Below are positions 55,517 through 64,000 of a DNA stretch of 64,000 nt, one piece after another (position 1 is the stretch's first letter; each line of letters opens with the position of its first letter). Source of the DNA: a virus; the IMG/VR virus record IMGVR_UViG_3300032093_000013, one strand, 5' to 3'. Under the pieces are notes generated by a model, which was given only the letters and a program-made list of their open reading frames with translations, made no database searches and was not told the DNA's origin. Both the position numbers and the translations under genes were made by a program.

Positions 55517-55755
55517 ACGATTGTCCAAACTCCTTGTACTGTGACGGTGTAACCAGCACCGACTGTCACTGTTCCGGCAGTGACTCCGTTAGTTCCCAAT
55601 GGTATCGTCACGTTCTCATCAATAGTATTTTTATTTGTTTTAATCACACCATAACTATCAACCCATTGTGAAGCACCATTGACGCTGATTGGATCTTTAA
55701 AATCAACTGTGCTACCAGTTTGAGAGCGAATGTTTTGAACGTAGATGCGAGTCAT
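55513..55755 (-). CDS. small fibre adaptor protein, paralog of 55752-55991
   Basis: QWVDSYGVIKTN...GVWTIV. Confidence 0.7.
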   Translation of the reverse strand: MTRIYVQNIRSQTGSTVDFKDPISVNGASQWVDSYGVIKTNKNTIDENVTIPLGTNGVTAGTVTVGAGYTVTVQGVWTIV

Positions 55756-55991
55756 ACAATTACCCACTCTCCATTTACTGTAACTTCATATCCAGGTTGA
55801 ACTGTAATGGGACCAGAAGAAAGACCATTGGTTCCTGCGGGAATGATCACATTTTCAGCAATGGTATCACGATTGGTTTTAATCACTCCATAAGTATCCA
55901 CCCATTGCTTATCACCATTTGCAGTGATGGTTTCTTTGAACTCCGTTGTTGTGGAAGTTGAATCAATAATATTGGCTTTGAGTGTGCTCAT
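55752..55991 (-). CDS. small fibre adaptor protein
   Basis: QWVDTYGVIKTN...GEWVIV. Confidence 0.7.
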   Translation of the reverse strand: MSTLKANIIDSTSTTTEFKETITANGDKQWVDTYGVIKTNRDTIAENVIIPAGTNGLSSGPITVQPGYEVTVNGEWVIV

Positions 55992-56006
55992 TGGTTTTTT
56001 GAATAT

Positions 56007-56327
56007 TTATTCTGGTTTTGGATATTTTGCTTTGACTTCCATTACTCTTGTGAGCATTTCTTCATAGGCATCTCCACCTTTCCAAATCGCATCAAGTTGG
56101 TCTTTGATATCTGGATACTCTGGTGCTCTTTGGCGTTGGTATTCTTTTGCAGCATATTCTTCTTGAAGTCTAGCAATTTCTAATTCAATTTCCTCTCTCG
56201 TTGGACATTCTTCCTCTTCATCCAACCAATCTAAACCTTCATAAGTATTGTTTTTAACTATCCATTTTGTACCAGGAACTAAATTTCGTAGTGCTTCTAC
56301 AACACCAATAGAACGATTATAGGTCAT
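56007..56327 (-). CDS. XkdW-like fibre chaperone
   Basis: YQRQRAPEYPDIKDQLD..VKAKYPK. Confidence 0.65.
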   Translation of the reverse strand: MTYNRSIGVVEALRNLVPGTKWIVKNNTYEGLDWLDEEEECPTREEIELEIARLQEEYAAKEYQRQRAPEYPDIKDQLDAIWKGGDAYEEMLTRVMEVKAKYPKPE

Positions 56328-57073
56328 TGTGCCACCTCCCATACTTGTATGTAATTATTTCCCCAACCATAGTTAAACTCACCAGATCCGCCATAAGGTT
56401 GTATGGATAATAAAAATGTTGTTGAATTGGTTGAGTTAGACACCACGGAAGTATTACAGTGAACTTGATAATGGTGATTCACCTCATCTCCTTTATAAGC
56501 AAAGAATAAGGAATTTCTTTGATAACTTCCATTTATTGCTGAACCATCTCTTTTAATCATTGCGGATATTCCTTCAGATGGAATAATTCTCGTCTGACAC
56601 TCTGCGTGAATGATTAATCTACTATTTGAAAATTTTGGAGTAATTGAAACTGTAACAGGAGTATTGTAAATTACATCTTCACTAATAGTGACATAAACAT
56701 CATTGACTGATGGGACTCTATATTCACTATACTGTACAAGTGTTCCGGGAGCATAAAGACTTCCAGTATCCGTGCCAACTAGTTTATGTCCAGTTGGAAC
56801 TGTAATGGTATTATCACTCCCTCTAATTGTTGTTAAAGTACTAATACCTATTGAATTGATATTACCAGCAACATTGCCAGTTACATTACCAGTAACATTG
56901 CCAGTTACATTACCAGTAACATTGCCAGTAATATTACCAGTAACGTTACCAACGAAAGTCCCACTACCACCAGAACTCAAAGTAGTTGTACCAATTTTGA
57001 AGTCAGTAGCACTCACCGTGACAGTCTGACCTGTTCCAACTGGTTTTATTGTATTGACATTCAGAATGCTCAT
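56324..57073 (-). CDS. tail fibre protein
   Basis: TGNV repeats; ITPKFSNSRLII..WEVAQ. Confidence 0.7.
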   Translation of the reverse strand: MSILNVNTIKPVGTGQTVTVSATDFKIGTTTLSSGGSGTFVGNVTGNITGNVTGNVTGNVTGNVTGNVAGNINSIGISTLTTIRGSDNTITVPTGHKLVGTDTGSLYAPGTLVQYSEYRVPSVNDVYVTISEDVIYNTPVTVSITPKFSNSRLIIHAECQTRIIPSEGISAMIKRDGSAINGSYQRNSLFFAYKGDEVNHHYQVHCNTSVVSNSTNSTTFLLSIQPYGGSGEFNYGWGNNYIQVWEVAQ

Positions 57074-57090
57074 TGGAGTTTTTTAGGTAT

Positions 57091-57417
57091 TTATTGTTTT
57101 GGTTTAGGATACTTTAATTTAACTGCTTCACATTTAGCATAATACTCATCAAGTTTTGTATTATCGCCTTTTGAAGACCAATACAAAGCATCAGCAAGTT
57201 CTTTCAAGTCTGGATATTCTGGTGCTCTTAATCTTTGATATTCTTGCTGACTATATTCTGTTTGAAGTCTTGCTATTTCTGCTTCTACTTCCTCTTCTGT
57301 TGGTTGTTGATATACTTCGTCCCACCAGTCAATAGTGTTATAATCATCGTCTCTTATTGAAAATTCCGCACCAGGTAATAAAGAATCAATTGCTTGGTGA
57401 ATTGTTATTTTTTTCAT
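57091..57417 (-). CDS. XkdW-like fibre chaperone
   Basis: YQRLRAPEYP..VKLKYPK. Confidence 0.65.
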   Translation of the reverse strand: MKKITIHQAIDSLLPGAEFSIRDDDYNTIDWWDEVYQQPTEEEVEAEIARLQTEYSQQEYQRLRAPEYPDLKELADALYWSSKGDNTKLDEYYAKCEAVKLKYPKPKQ

Positions 57418-58484
57418 TACGCTGCTACCTCCATTAAAGTCCAAGAAGAATTAAAATCTCCTGCTGATCCAACAAACATAACTCCACCACATCCTGTTGC
57501 CCTACAATACAATTCATAACTAATCAATGATGTCGTCGCTGGACTGTCTAACCAAGTAAAAGTATATGCGGGCATATCATTTGTATATGAAGCAGTAATA
57601 CCATCTCTATAAGAGTCCATTAAACTTGGAGAAACTACAGTTCCACCTCTAGCAATTGCTATATTTCCATCACAAATAAATTGACATCCGATAGTTACAG
57701 TGTGAAGTATCTTACTAGTAGATGCACTTGGTGTAATAGTATTTGTAAAACCAGTGGCTCTATATGTTGAAGAAGTGGAAGTAGCAGTAAAAGATGAAGA
57801 ACCCAAATCTTTCCAAATTACTTGAAGAATACTTCCAGTTTGTTGAAGAATTGGATTGCCAGAACTATTTAATACTTTTGTCCCCGCTGCTGAAAGTTTT
57901 AGGTTTCCAGAGCTATCAATTCTTGCTCTTTCATTTGCACCAGTAGAAAATATAATTGGATTGCTGGTATCTGCTTGTAAGGATAATGTATCGTAAGAAT
58001 AAATTAAACTTCCAGTTCCAGTTATACCGCCATAACTATAAGAAGAACCTGTTCTTGATAATTGGACGTTTCTAGTTCCATCACTAATTCTTATACCATC
58101 GGATGAAGTGCCAAGAGATGTTGGATCACTTACTCCAATATGAGTTTTGTTTAATGGATTATTAGTTCCCAATCCAATAAAACCAGTAGCAGTTGTAGTA
58201 ATAACTGTTCCACCAGTTCCAACATTTAATCTTGTAAAAGTAGAAACACCAGTGGTATTAACGTTCGCAGCAGTAATGACACCTACAAACTGAATATTAC
58301 CATTTGGATCAACAGTAAATGTATTGCCCGTTGTGTTAATTCCTACCGTGGTAATACCAACAGTCTTACCATCAATCTGTACCAGAACTCTTCCCTGCGA
58401 GTTGGTAACTTTAACCTTCTCATCAATAGTAGGACTTGAAGCATCTGCCTTTGCTTCTATATTACTAACGCGGAGAGTGCTCAT
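57417..58484 (-). CDS. tail fibre protein
   Basis: GSILQV..ITPSASTSKIL..LDSPATT..LMEVAA. Confidence 0.75.
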   Translation of the reverse strand: MSTLRVSNIEAKADASSPTIDEKVKVTNSQGRVLVQIDGKTVGITTVGINTTGNTFTVDPNGNIQFVGVITAANVNTTGVSTFTRLNVGTGGTVITTTATGFIGLGTNNPLNKTHIGVSDPTSLGTSSDGIRISDGTRNVQLSRTGSSYSYGGITGTGSLIYSYDTLSLQADTSNPIIFSTGANERARIDSSGNLKLSAAGTKVLNSSGNPILQQTGSILQVIWKDLGSSSFTATSTSSTYRATGFTNTITPSASTSKILHTVTIGCQFICDGNIAIARGGTVVSPSLMDSYRDGITASYTNDMPAYTFTWLDSPATTSLISYELYCRATGCGGVMFVGSAGDFNSSWTLMEVAA

Positions 58485-58508
58485 TCCTTTATATCACCTT
58501 TTGAATAT

Positions 58509-59249
58509 TTAGACTACGACTAAAACGGAACCAGTTGCAACGTCAATTGTAATACCAAGTCCAACTGTTACGGGACCAATTACAAGACCGTTTTTACCTG
58601 ATGGAATAAAAAGATTTGAATCAATATTTTGATCTGTTAAAATGGCACCATCTACAAGAGCAATGTTACCAACTGCCTGAATTGCTCCTTCAGAGTTAGC
58701 AGCACCAGCAATAGTTGTGGTATTGATTCCAAGAATCTTTGTGGTATGAACACCAACAGCATTGGCACTGAATGTTCCACCCGCGCCAGCATTTCCAGAA
58801 ATACTTACATCAATAGAATTGGTTGATGAATTATAGGCAAAAGTATTTCCAAAACCAATAAAGTTAAGTTGAGTAACACCAACTCCAATGTTGACGCCGC
58901 CAGACTGAATACCAACTCCTCTTGCTGAAGGTGCTAGTTTTGCAAAGGTAACTGATCCATCAGCAGGAACACCAACACCTAGTGCAACTCCAAGAGAAAT
59001 GCAAAAGAAGTCATCAGTTGATTGTGGTGCTGCTGCGAAGATGATTTGGTTTTCATCAATCTCATATGCTGATGATGGTTCTTGTATAACACCACCAAGA
59101 GATACCAGAATTGAAAATGGTGATCCAGGATAGTATGGATTTCCACCAGAGGTTAAGTTGAATCTTACGGTAGACCCATTAAACTGTGATGAGATATCAT
59201 CCAGTTTGAGATAATTTCCAGCGTCTAATTGTCTACCAATATATGCCAT
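58509..59249 (-). CDS. tail fibre anchor/structural protein
   Basis: MAYIG..LDDISSQFNG..VSLGGVIQEP. Confidence 0.7.
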   Translation of the reverse strand: MAYIGRQLDAGNYLKLDDISSQFNGSTVRFNLTSGGNPYYPGSPFSILVSLGGVIQEPSSAYEIDENQIIFAAAPQSTDDFFCISLGVALGVGVPADGSVTFAKLAPSARGVGIQSGGVNIGVGVTQLNFIGFGNTFAYNSSTNSIDVSISGNAGAGGTFSANAVGVHTTKILGINTTTIAGAANSEGAIQAVGNIALVDGAILTDQNIDSNLFIPSGKNGLVIGPVTVGLGITIDVATGSVLVVV

Positions 59250-59266
59250 TATGGTTTTTTAGATAT

Positions 59267-61693
59267 TTATGATGGGTAGGAGATGATGACGATACCGGAA
59301 CCACCAGTTCCACCACTTCTATAGTATGGATATCCTCCAGCGCCCCCGCCGCCACCGGTGTTTGCTTGACCTACTGTAGCAAGTGTTCCAGAACCTGTAG
59401 ATCCATTTCCACCACCACCGCCGCCACCGGTGCCACCAGTTCCGTTATAAGCTCCACCACCACCGCCGCCAGAATAAGTTAATGTTGTGCCAGAAATGGT
59501 AAAAGCAAGACCACTTCCACCATTTCCACCAGTTCCACCAGAAGCATTACTTCCGGCATTGCCAGCGCCGCCGCCGCCACCGCCTGAACCATAACCATCT
59601 CCACCGCCACTATTGCTTCCAGTTCCACCAGGATTTCCCCATCCTAACGGTGGGGAGGCAGTTACAGGAGCACCACCAGTGGCACCTGATCCAGTTCCTC
59701 CTGGTTGAATTGGTCCACCAGGTCCAGGAGCTCTACCGCCTCCACCACCACAACCACCAGGAAGACCTGTACTTCCATAGTTTGGAGAACCTGCTCCACC
59801 ACCAGTAGCAGTTACTGTAGTTGAAAGTGATAAAGAACTATTTGATCCATTCGTCGCCTGAATGCCCATATCTCCATTTCCACCTTGCCCACCTCCACCA
59901 ACTGTTACGGTGTATTGTCCTGGAGATGCTGAAACTGGTGCCGAAGTCGCATATTGAATTGCTCCTGCCCCACCACCACCAGAAATAGTACCCCCGCCAC
60001 CGCCGCCACCAGCGATAACCAAATAATCAATAGAAGTTAAAGATGGGCTTAATATGCTAAAGGTGCCAGAACCTAAAAATGTATGAATTGTTTTTGTTGG
60101 AGAATATGAAACTGTACCGCCACTTGCTTTTGCTGCGATTAAACCTTGTTGATATCGAATTACAACAACACCAGATGCACCAGACTTTGAAACATTAGGA
60201 GATGCATGTGATGCTCCACCACCGCCCCCACCTGTGTTAGCAGTTCCATCATTTCCTGCTCCTGCTGGTGATCCACCACTACCACCTCCACCAGGTCCAC
60301 CAGATCCCCCTTGACCTGCTACATTTGCTCCACCACCACCGCCACCTGCATAAGTCACTGATGTTCCTGTAAGACTATATGATAATCCGTCACCACCAAC
60401 GCCACCATATGTAGATGGACCAGGACCAGAAGTTCCCATTGGATTACCTTGTCTTCCTGCTCCGCCACCACCTCCAAAAGCAGCATAAACGGATGGATTA
60501 TGTTGACCATATCCACCAGGATTTCCTTGACCAGAAGTTCCAGAACCACCACCAATAGATGGAATCGTAGCAACTGCGCCGCCGCCGCCGCCAGAACCTC
60601 CAGGATGTCCAGCAGCTGCTGGTGCTGAAGGTGAAAATTCTCCTCCACCACCGCCACTAATTGCAGTAATAGTTGTTATATCAGGTCTTGATATTGTTGA
60701 TGGAGTTCCATCATTTGGTGTTCCTGCTGCTGGGAGTCCTGCACCACCACTACCAATTGTAACTGAATAAGAACCTGGTGTAATTGGATATGAAGAGTTG
60801 TACAATAAACCACCAGCACCACCTCCGCCACCACCTCCAGAGGGACCAGCACCGCCACCACCGCCGCCAGCGACTACCAAATATTCAATAACTGCGTCTG
60901 TTCTAGAAGAAGTAACGTTAAATGTTCCAGAAGAAGTGAAACGATGTGCTCTATAAAAAGCACCATTTAGTTCATATTCACTTATAGTTCCACCTGTTGC
61001 CTGAATATAAGGCGATCCAACATTTGCCCATCCCTGAATATTTCCATTGTAAACTTGAACTGCCCCTTCTGTCGCATTGTAAATTATAGTTCCAGTTGCA
61101 GTATTGATGCCAGCATTTCTACCAGTGGTGCTTGTGGTTCCTAAACCAACCAAATTATTTCTTATAAACGCATTTCCAACAGTGATACTTGAAGCTGAAC
61201 CAACTTGAACTCCATTAGTCGCAGTAATGATACCAGAAGATTGAAGTCCTTGTGACTGTAAAACTCCAAAGACAGTCGCACCGTATCCTGTGGTTTCCAG
61301 TTCTTTTGAGTTATCATAATAAAGTTCTGCTGCTCCATTTGTATTAAATACGGCAAGTAATTCACTAAAAGCAGCATTGTATAATATTATGCCATTACTT
61401 CCAGCAATAGCTAAATTTCCAGTTCCAGAATCACTAATTATACTGTTGGACCCATCGTGATAAATCTGCAGATCATTACTATCACCTAAAAGAATTTTAT
61501 CATTATCACCAAGATTCACATTACTTTGGAATGTGGAGACGCCTGATACATTTAGTGCTGTGGAATTGACATTCCCGTAGTTTGGTGCTGTGATCGAAGT
61601 CGCAGTAATCACACCAGTGATATTAATGCCCGTCAAAGGTGCGGTGCTTGAAATACCAGAACTGGTGATTTGTGTAAGACGGTCAAGTGCCAT
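59267..61693 (-). CDS. tail fibre protein with two glycine-rich domains
   Basis: EYLVVAGGGGGG...NTGGGGGG..SGVVVIRY, twice. Confidence 0.8.
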   Translation of the reverse strand: MALDRLTQITSSGISSTAPLTGINITGVITATSITAPNYGNVNSTALNVSGVSTFQSNVNLGDNDKILLGDSNDLQIYHDGSNSIISDSGTGNLAIAGSNGIILYNAAFSELLAVFNTNGAAELYYDNSKELETTGYGATVFGVLQSQGLQSSGIITATNGVQVGSASSITVGNAFIRNNLVGLGTTSTTGRNAGINTATGTIIYNATEGAVQVYNGNIQGWANVGSPYIQATGGTISEYELNGAFYRAHRFTSSGTFNVTSSRTDAVIEYLVVAGGGGGGAGPSGGGGGGGAGGLLYNSSYPITPGSYSVTIGSGGAGLPAAGTPNDGTPSTISRPDITTITAISGGGGGEFSPSAPAAAGHPGGSGGGGGAVATIPSIGGGSGTSGQGNPGGYGQHNPSVYAAFGGGGGAGRQGNPMGTSGPGPSTYGGVGGDGLSYSLTGTSVTYAGGGGGGANVAGQGGSGGPGGGGSGGSPAGAGNDGTANTGGGGGGASHASPNVSKSGASGVVVIRYQQGLIAAKASGGTVSYSPTKTIHTFLGSGTFSILSPSLTSIDYLVIAGGGGGGGTISGGGGAGAIQYATSAPVSASPGQYTVTVGGGGQGGNGDMGIQATNGSNSSLSLSTTVTATGGGAGSPNYGSTGLPGGCGGGGGRAPGPGGPIQPGGTGSGATGGAPVTASPPLGWGNPGGTGSNSGGGDGYGSGGGGGGAGNAGSNASGGTGGNGGSGLAFTISGTTLTYSGGGGGGAYNGTGGTGGGGGGGNGSTGSGTLATVGQANTGGGGGAGGYPYYRSGGTGGSGIVIISYPS

Positions 61694-61699
61694 TTATTT

Positions 61700-62041
61700 T
61701 TACTGCGGTGGTTGTCCTTCTGGTTTTGGATGTCTTGCTTTTACTGCCTCTACCATCTGAACCCATTTACCATTCTCCAAATTACCAGACTTGATATCAT
61801 CAAAGAGAAGGTTCAGTTGGTCTTTCCAATCTCCATACTCCGTTTCACGATTACGGGCATAGAGGTAGTAATTATAAGTTTCTACATCCTTTTGAATTTG
61901 CGCTTCTACTTCTTCCCATTCAGGTGGTTCAGATCCATTTGGACATTCCCACCTTGTAAAAGTCCTATTATATAAGTCAAACTTAGCATCAGGACGAAGA
62001 TATTTAATAGCGGTATCAACACCAGGCAAACGAATATTCAT
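61700..62041 (-). CDS. XkdW-like fibre chaperone
   Basis: R..EYGDWKDQL..VKARHPK. Confidence 0.65.
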   Translation of the reverse strand: MNIRLPGVDTAIKYLRPDAKFDLYNRTFTRWECPNGSEPPEWEEVEAQIQKDVETYNYYLYARNRETEYGDWKDQLNLLFDDIKSGNLENGKWVQMVEAVKARHPKPEGQPPQ

Positions 62042-62066
62042 TTCAGTAGTCTCCTAATATAAGTTA

Positions 62067-62471
62067 TTATTCGGCAGCAGGCTCAGGGGTAACGAGATCC
62101 CACTCACCGTTCTCTTCGTCCCACTGGTATCTTGAACCTGCTTCCACTTGCTCTGCAGTAAGTTCAGGAGCAGGTCCAACTGGCGATTCCCAGTCGGCAG
62201 TTTCGTTGTTCAAAACCCAAGACTCAAAAGGCTTTGGTGCGACGAAGGCATCCAGTCCAGCATTGTATGAGTAACCAACGCCAGCATAACGCTTTCTGAT
62301 GCTGCTGTTGTAGGAGGTCTGAACCCACTTACCACCCAGAAGCTTCTTACAGAAAGCAATACCTAGAATCTCATCCTCTTCGCCAGTGTGAGGATCGGTA
62401 ATATCTTTGTTATCTACTACGATAACTTGTGTGACGACGTTGTTTTCGTCTAGTTGAGCAAAGTGTGCCAT
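62067..62471 (-). CDS. partner protein of Gly-rich fibres
   Basis: MAHFAQLDENNVV..WVQTSYN..YAGVGY. Confidence 0.7.
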   Translation of the reverse strand: MAHFAQLDENNVVTQVIVVDNKDITDPHTGEEDEILGIAFCKKLLGGKWVQTSYNSSIRKRYAGVGYSYNAGLDAFVAPKPFESWVLNNETADWESPVGPAPELTAEQVEAGSRYQWDEENGEWDLVTPEPAAE

Positions 62472-62544
62472 AAGTCTTTATTCGTGAATATAATAAATGA
62501 ATGGTATGTTTTTATTTATGTATTATGAAGGGTAAGTGACACTA

Positions 62545-63999
62545 TCAAACTCTATATCTAATAACCACTATTCCACTACCACCTTGCCCTGCCGATCCAC
62601 CAGCAACCCCAGCACCACCTCCGCCACCAGTATTTGCAACTGCATTAGAACCACTAGTTGGTCCTGCAACTCTAGCACCACCAGCGCCGCCGCCGCCAGG
62701 TCCACCACTACCGCCTGGTCCAGGACTCCAAATAGAACCACCACCACCGCCAGCATATAGACCAGTAGGTCCAATCGCAGATGATGTTGGGGAAGGGACA
62801 GCAGGACCAATTAACAAGGAACTAAATGTGGAGTATGATAATCCAGCACCTCCTGGAGAAGGAGTGCCATTTGGACCAGCACCATTTGTTCCTGCAGCTC
62901 CAGCGCCGCCACCGCCGCCGCCAGGACCACCAGGTCCAGCTCCGCCGGCAGCGGACCCGCCAGGATTTCCCCACCCAGCTGGCGGTGAAGCATTTCCAGC
63001 AGTTCCACCAGGTGATCCAGTTGCTGGACCAGCAAATTGTACTGTAGGTCCACCACATCCAGCACCACCACCCGATCCACCAGGTCCTCCTGGTTGATTT
63101 CCACTGTCTGATCCACCACCGCCTCCTCCAGGAGCCGTTACTAAACCTCCAAGAGAAGAAGAACCTCCAGTAGTTCCTCTTGAGCCAGCCACTGCAGGCC
63201 CACCAGCGCCTCCAGCACCAATTGTTACTGGATACGTTGCATTTGAAACTAAAACCGAAGTTGAATATACTAAAGCGCCAGCGCCGCCGCCGCCGTTGCC
63301 ATCAAAGCTTGGAGCACCATTTCCTCCCCCACCTCCGCCACCGACACACAAAACTTCAACTGTGTTACTTCCAGTAACAACAAAGCTCGCAGGACTTGAT
63401 GCAAATACATGATAAGTATATCCATTATTTGATACAGTAGAAGGAATTATTGTCCCTCCACTAGCACTAAATGCTGACTTAATTGTTTGCCATCCCAAAA
63501 TAGGTCCAAAATATCCTTCAATTGATGTTGTGGTATCATTATAAACCAAAGTTCCAGTCGCAGTTCCAACACCAGCATTTCTACCAGTTGTTGTTGTTTG
63601 ACCTAGACCAATTTGATTATTTCTTATAAAACTTTGTCCAACAATAATACTTGTTGTAGCACCAACTTGAATACCACCAGAAAATGTAGAGAGTCCAGTA
63701 GCATTTACATTACCAGTTACATTACCACTAAATCCACCAGTCGCTGTTACAACTCCAACAACAGAAGCACCAGCACCAACTACAAGACCGCTTCGTGCGG
63801 TAATAACACCAACAGAATCAACGTTAGTTACATCTTCATAGGTCACTGTTCCAGCAACACTAATGTTTCCACTAAAAGATGCACTCGCAGCAGTGATAGT
63901 GCCGACAGTAATGTTGGGTGTTCCGCTTAACCCCGTTGCGTTTCCTGTTACATTTCCTGTTAGATTCCCTACAAAACCACTAGAAGAAGTTGTAACACC
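62545..63999 (-). CDS. glycine-rich tail fibre protein (5' end outside the window)
   Basis: frame stays open past the track start at 63846 to the window edge. Confidence 0.75.
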   Translation of the reverse strand, partial: GVTTSSSGFVGNLTGNVTGNATGLSGTPNITVGTITAASASFSGNISVAGTVTYEDVTNVDSVGVITARSGLVVGAGASVVGVVTATGGFSGNVTGNVNATGLSTFSGGIQVGATTSIIVGQSFIRNNQIGLGQTTTTGRNAGVGTATGTLVYNDTTTSIEGYFGPILGWQTIKSAFSASGGTIIPSTVSNNGYTYHVFASSPASFVVTGSNTVEVLCVGGGGGGGNGAPSFDGNGGGGAGALVYSTSVLVSNATYPVTIGAGGAGGPAVAGSRGTTGGSSSLGGLVTAPGGGGGGSDSGNQPGGPGGSGGGAGCGGPTVQFAGPATGSPGGTAGNASPPAGWGNPGGSAAGGAGPGGPGGGGGGAGAAGTNGAGPNGTPSPGGAGLSYSTFSSLLIGPAVPSPTSSAIGPTGLYAGGGGGSIWSPGPGGSGGPGGGGAGGARVAGPTSGSNAVANTGGGGGAGVAGGSAGQGGSGIVVIRYRV

Positions 64000-64000
64000 A

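Noticed and set aside
62536-63930. Short alternative-frame ORFs over the Gly-rich genes, including Pro-rich and Trp-rich ones
   Set aside because: They are by-products of GGN codon runs.
51123-64000. Diversity-generating retroelement or invertible fibre cassette
   Set aside because: I saw no reverse transcriptase, recombinase, adenine-mismatched TR/VR pair or inverted modules.
1-64000. Stop-codon recoding or introns in core genes
   Set aside because: Core genes are intact in the standard code, TAG/TGA/TAA all serve as stops, and no suppressor tRNA is present.

Overview
A 64-kb segment of a T4-like cyanomyovirus genome (Kyanoviridae-like; probably a freshwater Synechococcus/Cyanobium phage). 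Almost all genes are on the minus strand. (1) 1-17.7 kb is a hypervariable early region of about 60 small hypothetical genes. It also holds a GIY-YIG-like homing endonuclease, a GC-rich SF2 helicase and eight copies of a fixed-length promoter element. (2) 17.8-27.2 kb holds tail-fibre genes, including an S74-chaperone fibre followed by a gp38-like Gly-rich adhesin. (3) 27.2-29.4 kb has two more endonucleases, three tRNAs (two structurally atypical) and a Phd-like antitoxin gene. (4) 29.4-43.2 kb is the baseplate/tail module (gp5, hub, tape-measure-like genes, gp51, gp26, tail-tube-like gene, gp4, gp2, gp48, gp53). (5) 43.2-50.9 kb has gp32, gp59, gp33, an exonuclease, phoH, thyX, a nitrogen-sensing small-protein operon and a glutaredoxin. 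(6) 51-64 kb is an array of fibre/adhesin plus chaperone modules. The most notable candidates are: an NtcA box plus tandem glutamine (glnA-type) riboswitch whose second aptamer encloses a complete 50-codon ORF upstream of a DUF4278 gene; a T-TTT-TTC slippery site that would fuse gp26 to gp51 by -1 frameshift; a non-canonical tRNA(UAU); a shared two-late-promoter/antisense leader on two unrelated endonucleases; an orphan sRNA; and a plug-and-socket motif system in the tail fibres. All family assignments come from motif recognition and gene order by eye; no database searches were run.
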